Origin: Anthoceros angustus
Taxonomy: Eukaryota > Plantae > Anthocerotophyta
NCBI GenBank assembly: GCA_010909165.1
Contig: VJWM01000011.1
Span: 248,001-312,000, forward strand
Direction: 5' to 3'
Length of the DNA stretch: 64,000 nt
The translations under genes were made by a program, and so were the position numbers. Shown here one piece after another: positions 48,470 through 61,978 of the stretch. The notes beneath the pieces are model-generated. The model did not search any database. It saw nothing but the letters and a program-made list of their open reading frames with translations, and was not told where the DNA came from. How positions within the stretch are numbered: the stretch's first letter is position 1; each line of letters begins with the position of its first letter.

Positions 48470-51400
48470 TGTTGAGAGTGAAGACCCTGGTACAGGGTTT
48501 AGCATAACTCGCTTACATATATGCACGCGTTAGGGTTAGTTATGTTAAATTTTGTTATATAAGGGTCGTGTGTGTAGGGCAACATGTGAAGACCGTATAA
48601 AAACAGTTTTGTATTCACTTTTTGATATGATGAGAAACATTTGTCGATAGCAAGTGTGTGTTGCTCTCTCCACATTTTACATATGGTATCAGAGCTTGTT
48701 ATGCTCCGCCCATTCCTCAGGCCATGATGCCTGGACGAGGAGGCTCTCGTGCGAGGAGGCAGCCTAAAGGTGGCGGAGAAAGCGATCGTGGAGGAAATTT
48801 CCAGCGATTGCAAAATAATCACTGGCCTAGACAACGTCCTAGACACATGCAGCCAACTATCCAGACATCTGGATTAGACATTTTGTAGATACACATTCAG
48901 GTAGTTCAGCTGGTAGAGCTAGAGCAGCAAGCAGGCGGGAACGTAATTCTAGAATACATTCCTTATACCATGCGCCTAAGTAGAAACCACAATCTTGATT
49001 TGTTCTACAAGCCACCTGAGGCATTCCTCCCGAGCTATTTCTTCCGGGATCTTCAGCGTTCTCCCCAGTTCTAGCGGACAATCCCTTGTTTGTACCTGTC
49101 AAAATTCAAGATCGAGGGGCACCTCAAGCCGATTTTGAAAAGAGAATCGAGTACTCTGCGGAGAGTCAAATCAACTTATCTTAGGGATGGAGTAGCGCTC
49201 TTGGTCAAGCAACTCAATCAACAAGGCAATTGCAAGGATTTCGAGAATCGCTCCAGGAGATGGATCTTGGCCAGGGCTTCTCATCGGAATCTTCTCCTTC
49301 CAGGAGAGATTCCATCATGTGACCAGACTTCCGCTGGTGGAGAGGGCGGGTGGCACGAACCGGCAGGAGCAGTGGTGACCTTTGGTGCAGACACAGGCGC
49401 GGCCACCGCTGCATCTCTTCTTGAACTTGTGTCTTCTTATTGATTGGTCCAACTAACCCGCTTCTTTTGTTTCACATGAAAGGGGCGTTAGGAAACCCTA
49501 AAATAAAAAAACAATTGAAGCGTTGCATGAGTTTTTGCTAACCCTCTATGTCGAAGGTCGATGAGGAGGAATCTGTTGGTCAAACAACCTTGTTTGCCCC
49601 CCACCAACCCCTATCGAACACTGAACACAAGTCGTCGGGTCCTAAGCATTCTCATGAACATATAAATAATTGAACGCATAATCGCATCCTAACTTTGTTT
49701 GTATATGCCCATAGTAAAGAGATAATCTGTTGAGTTAATGTCCCTTGCTTTGATGATAGCGATCATAGTAGCGGTCCGCATCTCGATTTCGAGAGGAAGG
49801 TGAGGTTGATATAGCGGCTGCTTCCGCGATTAGCGAGTCCTCATCACACGACACCAAAGCCGTCGGCATAATGGCAACCCCATCCTTCACGTCTAATCTC
49901 AAAGAAAAGATAGGTTTAATGGCACTAAGTACCCGATCCGGAAGTGCGCATGAAAGCCATCTTGATTGCGTGGTTGTTTGGAGTGTTGTGGATGGTTCCT
50001 TTCGAGAACCCATCCAGCGGGTTCTGGTGACAAAAAGGTGTCACCCGAGTTGTTTGCGATTCTCATCAATGCCCCCTTCGTCCCCTTTGAGTGCCGGGGC
50101 ATCCAAATGGAATGTTCAGGAAAGGCGTATCAAATTAATGACTTGTCTTCTGTCGGGAATTTTCTCTCGGTGAAAGAAGGGATAAGGTGGCGTCTTTACC
50201 GACAAATTCTCACCTCCGATCCAGACTTGCCTCCTTCAACATCAAGATTGAGGAGGAGCATAGTGGTTCGATTCTTGAGCATCTTGCCGCTACTCTTCAA
50301 CAATTCGTCGGCTCCTATAATGGACCTTTGAAACGCCTCCCAGGCTGCTACGCCGAGGCTAAATGACAATTGATGACATTGTCGCCTGCATCGGGAGGAA
50401 CGAGCGGCTGTTCTCTATTAGTGGATCCAAGCCAAAGGCCGAAAAGTCTTGGCGGCTCGGTTCAAGCCAAACAAATAGAAAGGCAAGACTCACTCTCCAA
50501 ACCAGTGGGTGCAGGTCTTCTCCTACAAAGAAGTTTCGGCAGTGCGGAATCACAGACCTTTGGGCTCGGATCGTAAGAAGAAGGCAGGCGAACCCCAGAA
50601 GAAGGCTTCCACCAGTGTTGCTGTTAAGGACAAGGGCTCGAATGAAAATTCGACGTCTGCAGACAGCAAAGGAACAGTTAGAATATACACAATTTGCCTC
50701 TCTAATTCAAAGCACGATAAGGACAGTTGGTACTTGGATTCAGGTGCAACTGCCCACATATGCAAGGACAGAGATTTGTTCTCGTACCTGGATACCTCTC
50801 ACACTGCTGAAAAGGTGTTGCTTGGAGACGAGAAAAATGAGACAGGCCTTCGCATTGAAGGGCAGGGTAAATGCACCTTCATCTTACATGACAGAACTGA
50901 CCTGGTTTTGGAAGATGTTCTGTATGTGCCAAGGATGGCCAAGAATCTTGTGTCCTTGAGTCGTTTGCTTAGCATGAGCGCATATAGTATGTTTGCAGAC
51001 CAGAGTTCCTGTTCTTTCTATACCACTGCTGTTCCACACAGACTAGTGTTTAGAGGCATTCAGACGGTGACACATGCACTGGATATCCATTGTAAGCTTG
51101 CACACCTACATTGTCAACAATGTCGGATGGACTCCAAATTTTAGCTTCTCTTTGTACGCCCCAGTCACGCCAAGCGGCTAAGATAATCGATATGTCATAC
51201 TGATTTGCTATAGAGAGCCCTTACCAGTGCTTCAAGGACTTGCCTATTTGTGAGGCTTGTATCCTGCGCGAAGGGCGACCATTTCCACTACCCCCACACA
51301 TAAAGCATCCGTCCTTGAGTTAATACATGCGGATATCTCAGAAAAATCCACGAGCCATCACTAGGAGGTTCTCGATATTACCTTTCCCTCACAGATGACT

Positions 51401-54400
51401 TCAGTCGCTATTCCTGGACCTTCCCCATGCAGCTCAAGAGTGACACTTTTCATACATTCAAGAATGGCTCAAGAAGAGAGATAGTGGTTAAATGGCTCGC
51501 GGACAATAACCGAATTTGTGAATGCCAGTTTGATTCTTATCTGCGGGGAGCATGGAATTGACGTCGATTGTGATTCTTATACTCCTCAACACAGTTCTTG
51601 GCGGAAAAATCGAGACCTCTCGGTATGACTCATGACATGCTCCTCTGGGCTGGACTTCCTCAAGGATCTTGGGCGAGGCGGTTGTCATTGCTGCCCATTA
51701 CAGATCGTGTACACAAGTCTTTGTCAAGGACGGACCCCTATGAGGTATTGCGTAAGCCTAGCATTCTCCACCTCAGTCTTGGATCTCGAGCTTTTGCTTA
51801 TATCCATGCCAAGAGGAGGAAATTGGACAATAGGGCTCAGGTCTTATTTTCGTTGGATATAGTGAGAATGTGAAAGCCATCTTGATTGCACGTTGCCGGA
51901 GTGTTGTGGATGGTTCCTTTTCCGAACCAGATCCCACAACGGGTTCACAAGTAAAGAAAGCAGGGCTGCGCAACGGTTGCTGCGCCTCATCAATGGGCTT
52001 GCCATGCACTCCCCGATGTTGAGTACCGGCGCATCCAAATCTGGAATCAGCTCGAGAAGACGTATCAAGTCATTAACATTATGACTAAATGCGTTGTCTG
52101 GCAGGAGTACTACTCTCACGAATGAAAGAAGGGGATAAGGTGGGCGTTTTACCAAAGAAATTCCGTCACCTCCGATCAGCCTTGCCTCCTTCAACATCAA
52201 GATTGAGGAGGAGCATGCGTGGTTCGATTGTTTGAGCATCTTGCCGCCTACTCTTCAACAATTCGTCACCCTATAATGGACCACCGAACGCCTCCCAATA
52301 CATTCTGAATCGCAAGCACCGACAATTGATGACATTGTCACGCTCGCATCGAGAGGAACCGAGCGGCTATTCTCTATTAGTGGATCCAAGCCAAAGGCCG
52401 AAAAGTCTTGGCGGCCTTCAAGCCAAACAAATAGAAAGGCAAGACTTACTCTCAAACCATAGTGGTTTGGGTCTTCTCCTACAAAGAAGTTCGAAATTGC
52501 AACCGTGCGGAATCGGACACGGGCTCGACCGTCAGAAGAAGAAGGCGTAACCAAGAAGGCTTCCACCAAAGGTTGCATGACAAGGGCTCGAATGAAAATT
52601 GACGTCTACAGCAGGAACAAGTTAGAATATACACAATTTGCCTCTCTAATTCAAAGCACGATAGGATAGTTGGTACTTGGATTCAGGTGCAACGCCCACA
52701 TCTGCAAGGACAGAGATTTGTTCTCGTACCTGGATACCTCTCACACTGTTGAAAAGGTGTTGCTTGGAGACGAGAAAAATGAGACAGTTTGAATTGAAGC
52801 GGTAAATGCACCTTCATCTTACATGAGTAATCGACCGGTTTTGGAAGATGTTTTGTATGTGCCAAGGATGGCCAAGAATCTTGTGTCCTTGAGTCGGTTT
52901 GCTTAGCATGAGAGCGCATATAGTATGTTTGCAGACGAGTTCTGTTCTTTCTATACCACCGCTCCACACTAGTGTTTAGAGGCATTCAGGACTGCACTGC
53001 TGGATATCCATTGTAAGCGCACTGTTACATTGTCACAACAACACAGTCGATGGACTCCAAATTTTTAGCTTCTCTTTGGCACGCCAGGCTTGGTCACGCC
53101 AACAGGGCTAAGCTAATCGATATGTCAGCTACGGACTGCTATAGAGAGCCCTTACCACAGTGCTTCAAGGACTTGCCTATTTGTGAGGCTTGTATCCTGG
53201 CGAACCAGAAGGAGCAGCCATTTCCCACTACCCCTGCACATAGAGCCAGTCACGTCCTTGAGTTAATACATGCGGATATCTCAGGAAAAATCCATGAGCC
53301 ATCACTAGGAGGTTCTCGATATTACCTTTCCCTCACATATGACTTCAGTCGCTATTCCTGGACCTTCCCCATGCAGCTCAAGAGTGACACTTTTCATCTG
53401 TTCAAGGAATGGCTCTCGAGACGATGGGGTGGTTAAATGGCTCAGACAATGGTAATCGAATTTGTGAATGCCTGTTTGATTCTTATCTGCAGGAGCATGG
53501 AATCGGGCCGATTGCTGATACTCCATAACACAACGGAGTTCGAGCGGAAAAATCGACCTTGCTCGGTATGACTCGCAGATGCTCCTGGACTTCCTCAAGG
53601 ATATCTGCGGGCGGTTGTCCGCTACTTACATTCGAATCGGTACACAAGTGCCAAGGGACCCCTATGAGGTAGGCAACAGAAGCCTAGCATTCTCCACCTC
53701 TTGGCTCTCGAGCTTTTGCTTATATCCTGCCGAAAAGAGGAGGAAATTGGACAATAGGGCTCGGTCTTATTTTGTTGGATATAGTGAGAATGTGAAAGCA
53801 CAGTATGACAAGCAAGCATTCCATAATTACGGGAGTGTTACCTTTTTGGAGCCTCATGCCCCTATCGGTGAGCCAGCTTCCGAGGGAGTCATTGCAGTTA
53901 CAGAGGGAGCCGATGATGATGCAGACCCAGATGAGCTTGATTCTGCGCATGCACATGTCGACTACCCTCAGGATGATGCTGATGCTGCCCCTGCCGATGA
54001 TCCTCCACCTGTGCCTGCTAATCAAGAACAACCTGTTGGATTAGGACGGGCTGATGATCATCAGGCAGCATCCCTTGAGCAGGCACCCCTGGATGATTTC
54101 GACATGCACCATGATGAGCATTTCGATGATCTCTTTAATGAAAATGAAGGGCATGGTTTTGAGGACATACCTGAACATGCCAAACCGCACTAGAGATGAT
54201 GAGGAGGCACGGTCCACGAACAAGAGCTTAGCTCCACACGTCCGAGCCAGCTTCAGTGGAAGGAGCCCCATATCGATCAATAGACTTGAGCACACATCCT
54301 CGATCACGGTTCCCTTACGATGAACCTAAAACTACTGTTGCAAGCCTTGAATGGTCGAATTTGCACAATGGCGTGTAGCGATCGAGGGGCGAATATCGAT

Positions 54401-57400
54401 CCTTGATTAAAAATAAGACCTAGACACTTGTAGACCTCCACACGGAAGGAAGCCCATCTCATGTAAGTGGGTCTTCAAGTTAAAGTTGAACGCTAAAGGT
54501 GAAGTAGCTAGGTTCAAGGCACGACTTGTGGCAAGAGGATTCACGCAAGTAGAGGGGTTGGATTACCAGGAGACCTTCTCACCTGTGGTTCGAGCACAGT
54601 CCATTCGTATGATCCTGGCACTTGCTACACAATTTGACCTGGACCTGGAGCAAATGGACATGTGCACAGCCTTCCTCTATGGGGCCTTGGACGAAGACCT
54701 GTACATGGAGCAGCCGGAGGCATATGTTGATCAAAAGCATCCGCACAAGCTGTTAAAGCTGCTCAAGTGCATATATGGCCTCAAGCAGTGGAAGAGTACA
54801 TTATCACTATACATGTGTTTTACGCTAAGGATCAACTTCGTCCAAAATCTGCGGAACCTGGCGTGTATAGACTTACGAGGGAGAGTATGTGATCACGGCC
54901 CTTCACGGCGATGTCATCCACGGCTACAACACCCCTTGCTCTCAGTTAAGTCTATGTTGAGTAGCAAATTTGAAATGAAAGACATAGGTGCACTTAGGTT
55001 TGCTTAGCATGAGCATATAGTATGTTTGCACGAGTTCATGTTCTTTCTATACCACTTCTTGTTCCACAGACTAGTGTTTAGAGGCATTCAGGACTGCATC
55101 TGCTGGATATCCATTGTAAGCTTGCACACATTGTCAACAACACCGTCGATGGACTCCAAATTTTAGCTTCTCTTTGGCACAGCTTGGTCACGCCAATGTG
55201 GCTAAGCTAATCGATATGTCACCACGGACTATAGAGAGCCCTTACCACAGGCTTCAAGGACTTGCCTATTTGTGAGGCTTGTATCCTGCGAAGGAGCGCC
55301 ATTTCCACTACCCCCGCAATAGAGCCACGTCCTTGAGTTAATACATGCGGATATCTCAGGAAAAATCCACGAGCCATCACTAGGAGGTTCTCGATATTAC
55401 CTTTCCCTCACAGATGACTTGTGGACCTTCCCATGACTCAAGAGTGACACTTTTCATCTTCAAGGAATGGCTCAAGAAGAGAGATAGTGGTTAAATGGCT
55501 CCGCACGGACAATGGCACTGAATTTGTGAATGCCCTGTTTGATTCTTATCTGCAGGAGCATGGAATTCAGCCGCTACGCCACTCCGCAACACAACGGAGT
55601 TGCTGAGCGGAAAAATCAGACCTTGCTCGGTATGACTCATGATGCTCCTCTGGGACTTCCTCAAGGATCTTGGGCGAGGGGTTGTCGCCGCTACTTACAT
55701 TGAAGTGCGTGGCCAAGGGCTCATGAGGTATTCGCAACTAAGCCTAGCATTCTCCACCTCCAGTCTTGGCTCTCGAGCTTTTGCTTATATCCATGCCGAA
55801 AAGAGGAGGAAATTGGACAATAGGGCTCAGGGTCTTATTTTCGTTGGATATAGTGAGAATGTGAAAGCATACAAGCTGTATGACAAGCACCGGCATTCCA
55901 TAATTCTGGCGCGGAGTGTTACCTTTTTGGAGCCTCATGCCCCTATCGGTGAGCCGCCCGAGGAGTCATTGCGAGGAGGGAGCCGATGATGATGCAGACC
56001 CAGATGAGCTTGATTCTGCGCATGCACATGTCGACTACCCTCGGATGATGTCGATGCCGCCCGCGATGATCCTCCACTGCTCGCTAATCAAGAACAACCT
56101 TGTTGGATTAGGGCGATGATCATCAGCGGCATCCTTGAGTGCACCCTCGGATGATTTTGACATGCACCATGATGAGCATTTTGATGATCTCTTTAATGAA
56201 AATGAAGGGCATGGTTTTGAGGACATACCTGAACATGCCAAACCCGCACCTAGAGATGATGAGGAGGCACCTGGTCCACCAGAACAAGAGCTTAGACACT
56301 CCACACGTCACAGGCCAGCTAGGTCAGAGTGGAAGGAGCCCCATGTCCAATAGACTTGTGCACACATCCTCATCACGGTTCCTTACGATGAACCTAAAAC
56401 TCACGCAAGCCTTCAATGGTCCAATCGCACAATGGCGCGATGAGGCGAATATCGCCCTTGATTAAAATAAGACTAGACACTTGTAGACCTCCCACGGAAG
56501 GAAGCCCATCTCATGTAAGTGGGTCTTCAAGTTAAAGTTGAACGCTAAAGGTGAAGTAGCTAGGTTCAACGACTTGTGGCAAGAGGATTCACGCAAGTAG
56601 AGGTTGGATTCAGGAGACCTTCTCACCGTGGTTCGAGCATCCCATTCGTATGATCCTGGCACTTGCTACACAATTTGACCTGGACCTGGAGCAAATGGAC
56701 ATGTGCACAGCCTTCCTCTATGGGGCCTTGGACGAAGACCTGTACATGGAGCAGCCGGAGGCATATGTTGATCAAAAGCATCCGCACAAGGTGTTAAAGC
56801 TGCTCAAGTGCATATATGGCCTCAAGCAGAGTGGAAGAGTCTGGTACATCACTATACATGTGTTTCTGCTAAGGATCAACTTCGTCCAAAGTACTGCAGA
56901 CACAAACGTGTATAGACTTACCAGGGGAGAGGAGTATGTGATCCTGGCCCTTCACGTGGACGATGTCATCCTGGCTACCAACAGCCAGCCCTTGCTCTCA
57001 GAAGTTAAGTCTATGTTGAGTAGCAAATTTGAAATGAAAGACATAGGTGCACTTAGGTTCTGCTTGGGAATTCAGATTATCCGCAACAGACTTGACAGGC
57101 TGATGGTGATCCACCAGCTTAAGTATATCAATGAGATCCTACGAAAGTTCAAACTAGAAGACTGCCGACCAGCTACTACACCAGCAGCAGTTGGAGTCAA
57201 GCTTACTAGCCTCATGTGTCCGCAGAGTGCTCAAGACAAAAAGGATATGGAAATTATACCCTATAGGCATGCTGTGGGAAGCCTTATCTTTGTCGCCAAC
57301 TGGACAAGACCTGACATGCAATATCACGATTGTGATGTCTCGGTTCTGGAGAATCAGGCGAGAGCACCTTTGGGTAGCCGTAAAAAGAATCTTCAGGTAT

Positions 57401-58959
57401 CTTAAAGGTACCATGCACCTTGGGATAATCTAAGGTGGAGCAATGGGCAGGATAAACTTATCTTGTCGGGGGGTCACGGATGCGGTTGGGCTTGATTCGG
57501 ACTCCAGAGCTTTGTCCACATATTGTTTTCTATTAGCGTGGTCAACTGGGCGACCAAAGCGGGGCGTCCATATCACTCTCCTCGACTAAGGCGGAGTACA
57601 AGTCTCTTACAGAAGCCACAAAGGAGGCTGAGTGGGAGAGGAGGTTCTTACATGATCTCGGGCAGGAGCAAGTTGAGCCGACCCCGATTTCCTGTGACAA
57701 CATGTCTGCCTTGGCCTTGGTCGCTAACCCTCGTTTCCACAAAAGAACAAAGCACATTGAGATTCAGCACCACTATATTCGTGATGCTGTGGACAGAGGG
57801 GTTACTAAGGTAGGTTTTGTTGGGACAGAGGACAACACTGCTGACATCCTGACGAAGGCCCTGCCAACGCACAAGCACTATCAGCATATGGAGGGCTTAG
57901 GTATTGGTGACTTCTCAGCGCACACAGAACAATGATGCTGGACTTATCTGGTGGTTTGGGGAGACAGGTGCCCTCCTTCTGTTGGTGGTCCAGACCATAG
58001 CTTGTGGTAGAGCCTTTCCAGCAGTCCAGCACCTGCCCATTCTCCCCAGGCATCCAGAGCCCTGTCCAGGCCACACAGTGTGGCGTCAGAATCATGAACA
58101 ACAGAATTACAAAGTCAGCATTAGGTGGATGAAGATCCTTGCATACCTAATCACTTGGATGCCGACAATCTGTAGCCGAGCCAGCAGCAAACTCGGACCC
58201 TTCCCCCAGCAGTTTAGTCAGTTTAGCGGTGTCCTTCAGCAGTGTGAGCAGGTCAGTCCTACTCTCCAGCTCGCGCAGGACCTCCGGGTCGGTGTTGTCA
58301 GCCGTGGGAAGATTACTTTGCCAGTCCACAGTAGGTTGATGGACATCTTCCAGCTGCCAACCCTTATGCACTGCCCAACCGAAATCCTTTCATCCCATCT
58401 GTCCTCCTTAGTATCTGTCTGGTTGCAGAGGGAGCTTTGCCCAGGTTGGGCCTTGGCCGATCTCCCCTTGGCAGCAGGCTTGCTCACGCCATCGCCACAT
58501 CGTTTCCTGCTCCTCAGCTTCATGTTGAAGAAGCAGGAAGTAATCCTGATCAGCATGAACAGAGCGAGCTGGATGATAGTTATGAGGGTGGTGGTCTGGA
58601 ATGCCATTTTTATGTTCCCCTCAGGCACTTGAATGTGGCGGGTAGTAGGCGTGGAGGCGGCGTAAGAGGAAGGCGGCGTTAGAGGATCCCATGGTCGTGA
58701 GGAGGGGCGAAAGCGACTTAGCGTGCGCTCGTTCTTTCGAGAGGAGTGTTGAGGTGAAGACCAGTGCAGGTTTAGCATAACTAAACACGTATATGCAGCG
58801 TTAGGGTTAGTTATGTTAGGGCTGTTATAGCGAAGGGTCATGTGTGCTTAGGGGCAACATGTGAAGACCGTATAAAACACAGTTTTGTGTTCACTTTTTG
58901 ATATGATGAGAAACATTTGTCGATAGCAAGTGTGTGTTGCTCTCTCCACATTTTACATA
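48470..58959 (+). mobile_element. Ty1/Copia LTR retrotransposon with TG...TA LTRs and internally duplicated gag-pol
   Basis: LTRs at 48470-48683 and 58747-58959; TSD GCATT (48465-48469 / 58960-58964); PBS TGGTATCAGAGC (tRNA-iMet) at 48684; purine tract before 58747. Confidence 0.93.
49900..57935 (+). pseudogene. Copia gag-PR-INT-RT-RH in three overlapping tandem blocks (restarts at ~51870 and ~55000)
   Basis: WYLDSGATAHIC x2, LWHARLGH/CEAC/LELIHADISG x3, FKARLVARGF and QMDMCTAFLYG x2, HVDD, and KRTKHIEIQHHYIR..ADILTK once. Confidence 0.9.
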
Positions 58960-58964
58960 GCATT

Positions 58965-61050
58965 GCACGAGGTATAGGCAGGCAACTTTGTTGCCGGAAG
59001 CGGTGTGCTTCCTCCCCCACAATGTTTCTGCACAGATGGGCCAGAGGCAGTTGTGGGTGGAATAGACAATGCCGAGCTGGTCCGAGCTTTGATGAAAACA
59101 CGGGGAGTAGAGTGGATTCAAGAGCAACTGGTGGCACTAAGTCTCGTTGGGAAAGAAATGGAGCACACGGGAAAGCCAAAGCCTCCACCAACTTTGACCT
59201 TCGGGGGCTTGAGTATCCCGAGACATAAGAAGTTCATGGAAGTAATACGCAGTAGAGCGGCAAACGAAATTCCAGGAAAGTGGAGCGACTTGCCAACGTC
59301 TCGGAGGAAGAAAATGTGCACAGAAGTGGCTGCTCAGTTTTCGGATCTTCTTGCGAAGGGGAGGATTTCATCAGAGTTCAGCCAATACACTCGGACAAGG
59401 AATAGCAGGTACATGTCGAGGCAGCCAAAGCCTGTGCTTTGGAGGAGAAGAGGGTAGGGAAAAAATTTTCAACAACTTTTCAGCCTCCACTACCTAATGA
59501 TAGGGTATGGCGGAAGATTCTCACATGGGCACGGGTTGAACTCCGGCAACATGGAAATTTTGCCATCAAGGCATCACTAGACTAAGACTCATTGGAGAAA
59601 TCAAATGGAAAGGGCCCAATCCATGGGGCTAGTCGAGAGAGTTGGTTGGGTTTTAAGTTCCAAGAGAAGTATGGGAAAGCCAAAGCCTCCACCAACTTTG
59701 ACCTTGAGGCTTGAGTATCCGAGACATAAGAAGTTCATGGAAATGTCAGCAGAAAGGCAAAGCGAAATTCCGGAAAGTGGGCGACTTGCCAGCGTCTCGG
59801 AGGAAGAAAATGTGCATGTATGGCTGCTCGCCGGATCTTGCGGCGGAGGATTTCATCAGAGTTCAGCCAATACACTCGGACAAGGAATAGCAGGTACATG
59901 TCGAGGCAGCCAAAGCCTGTGCTTTGGAGGAGAAGAGGGTAGGGAAAAAATTTTCAACAACTTTTCAGCCTCCACTACCTAATGATAGGGTATGGCGGAA
60001 GATTCTCACATGGGCACGGGTTGAACTCCGGCAACATGGAAATTTTTTGCCATCCAAGGCATCACTTGCAGCTAAGACTCGACTGGAGAAATCAAATGGA
60101 AAAGGGCCCAATCCATGGGGCTAGTGCGGACGAGTTGGTTGGGTTTTTAAGTTCCAAGAGAAGTATGGGAGAGAGCCAACTGACGAGGAGTGTGATTTGG
60201 ATCACTCCGCCCATTAACAAAAATGCACGAACTATGGGATGTGCGGGAGCGAGGAGAGTCGGTGCCGAGTTTTTGAAATCCCTGAGGGTACGCATTAGGG
60301 CCAAGCGAGATGCCACAAAGAGGAATGGTTCAAAGCATTCACAGAAATCTGCAATAATTGATCTGGATTGCGAAGGAAGTAGTACGGGGGACGACGCCCC
60401 AGAAGTGGATGGTGCGAATGGGAAAACAACAGATGGAGAAGAAGGGGATCACGAAGGTGATTTGGAACATGATGAGGAGACAGGCTAGGAAGACGATAAG
60501 GAAGACGAAGACAACGAGGATGGGGAAGCAGCAGAGGAGGAGGAAGCGGAGAGGGTGAAAGGACATGGAAAACGTCATACGGTGGCAGATGCCACAACAT
60601 CAGAGTCTCTAGGAGGAGGGCAATTGGAATTTGACACGGACGATTTCGAAAATGCTGAACCGCGTACGCGGAAAGTTCCAAGAAGAGGGGGACGCGTACG
60701 GCATAAAGTACACCGCACTGCCACATTGGAGGGCAGAGTAACGAGGGCTCAAGCTACAGCAGTGAATCAAAAGGCCGCCAGTTCTAAGGGGAAAGAGAAA
60801 GCGAAAGGGTCGAAGGTGAGTTGCCATGACCAAATTTACATGTCCACATGCATGTCATGTGCATTGTGGGGTTGATGTGGATTCTTTCTGACGCAGGCGC
60901 AACCAAACAACGATGTGCATGAGGCGATGGCCTTCGCCGAAGAGCGCGCTCCATCGACAGAAAAAAGGCAGGCAGCTACAAACCCTCGAGGACCGAAATC
61001 GAAAAGAGCGAAAGGGCGAAAAAGCGTCATGAGCGATACAGGCGTGAGAT
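58965..61050 (+). pseudogene. Uncharacterised CACTA-internal gene (TnpA-like?), continuing the frame cut at 48469; has a ~500-bp tandem duplication
   Basis: Protein-like KFMEVIRSRAANEIPGKWSDLP..RVWRKILTW block, present twice (~59170 and ~59673), followed by an acidic tract and a GT-AG intron near 60817-60896. Confidence 0.4.
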
Positions 61051-61215
61051 ACCCAGCTGCTGATTATGATTAGTGGTTGGATGCACAAAACTCCAGAAGT
61101 TCTATGCCGCCAGGTGAACCCGCGCTGCAAATTGTCGTATCGATATGTATGTGCTACCGTATAGTATCTGCGAAGTCTTCTGAAGTTATATGTATTCCCA
61201 TATAGAGCCATCTAT

Positions 61216-61554
61216 AAAATGCGCGGTATAAATTCTGTAAATCAAGCGAGAATACAATGTGGCCAAAATGCGCGGTATAAATTCTGTAAATCAAGCGAGA
61301 ATACAATGTGGCCAAAATGCGGTATAAATTACGTAAATCAGCGAGAATACAATGTGGCCAAAATCGCGGTATAAATTCTGTAAATCAAGCGAGAATACAA
61401 TGTGGCCAAAATGCGCGGTATAAATTCTGTAAATCAAGCGAGAATACAATGTGGCCAAAATGCGCGGTATAAATTCTGTAAATCAAGCGAGAATACAATG
61501 TGGCCATAATGCGCGGTATAAATTCTGTAAATCAAGCGAGAATACAATGTGGCC
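61216..61554 (+). repeat. Tandem repeat, 7 x 49 bp (aaaatgcgcggtataaattctgtaaatcaagcgagaatacaatgtggcc)
   Basis: Near-identical adjacent copies with no spacers. Confidence 0.92.
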
Positions 61555-61978
61555 ATCGAGACATTGTACATGCCACATGGCAAGTTCACACATGTCGAGA
61601 GAGGGCGTCAGAAACAGCAGTGGAAAGCGTGGAAACCCATAGAATTCAAAATGAAATAGTCCACCACCACTCGCATTCGGAAAACGCAGTGCATGTGCGA
61701 ACATGAGGGCAACACACGTCCACACCCCTGACCGACATTGTCAGCACCCGGGTTAGAAACCCTGACAAACCCGAGTTACCGAGCCTACAACCTGGCCTTG
61801 CCCCGGACCTCATAACCGTTATAAGAATTGGTTGTCACGGTCTTCATGTTACAGGGTTTATTACAGTTCTTAGGTCCGGCAAACCAGATGCCTTGTGTAA
61901 CAAAGCCATCGAGTACGTTACAAAAAGGCAATATTTCATAACACTGCAGCATTACAAACCATGCTGTTTCTAGTAGTG

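Larger units (their letters stand above)
42641..61978. mobile_element. Second CACTA element, left end deleted; host of the plus-strand Copia
   Basis: The right terminus TTTCTAGTAGTG (reverse complement CACTACTAGAAA) ends at 61978, exactly where the outer Copia protease frame is cut. TTACA/TGTAAC subterminal motifs lie at ~61810-61960. No left TIR was found, and the outer Copia integrase is missing as well. Confidence 0.6.

Noticed and set aside
61216-61554. 49-bp array as CRISPR or as a coding repeat
   Set aside because: No spacers. The ORFs are by-products of the repeat near a CACTA end.
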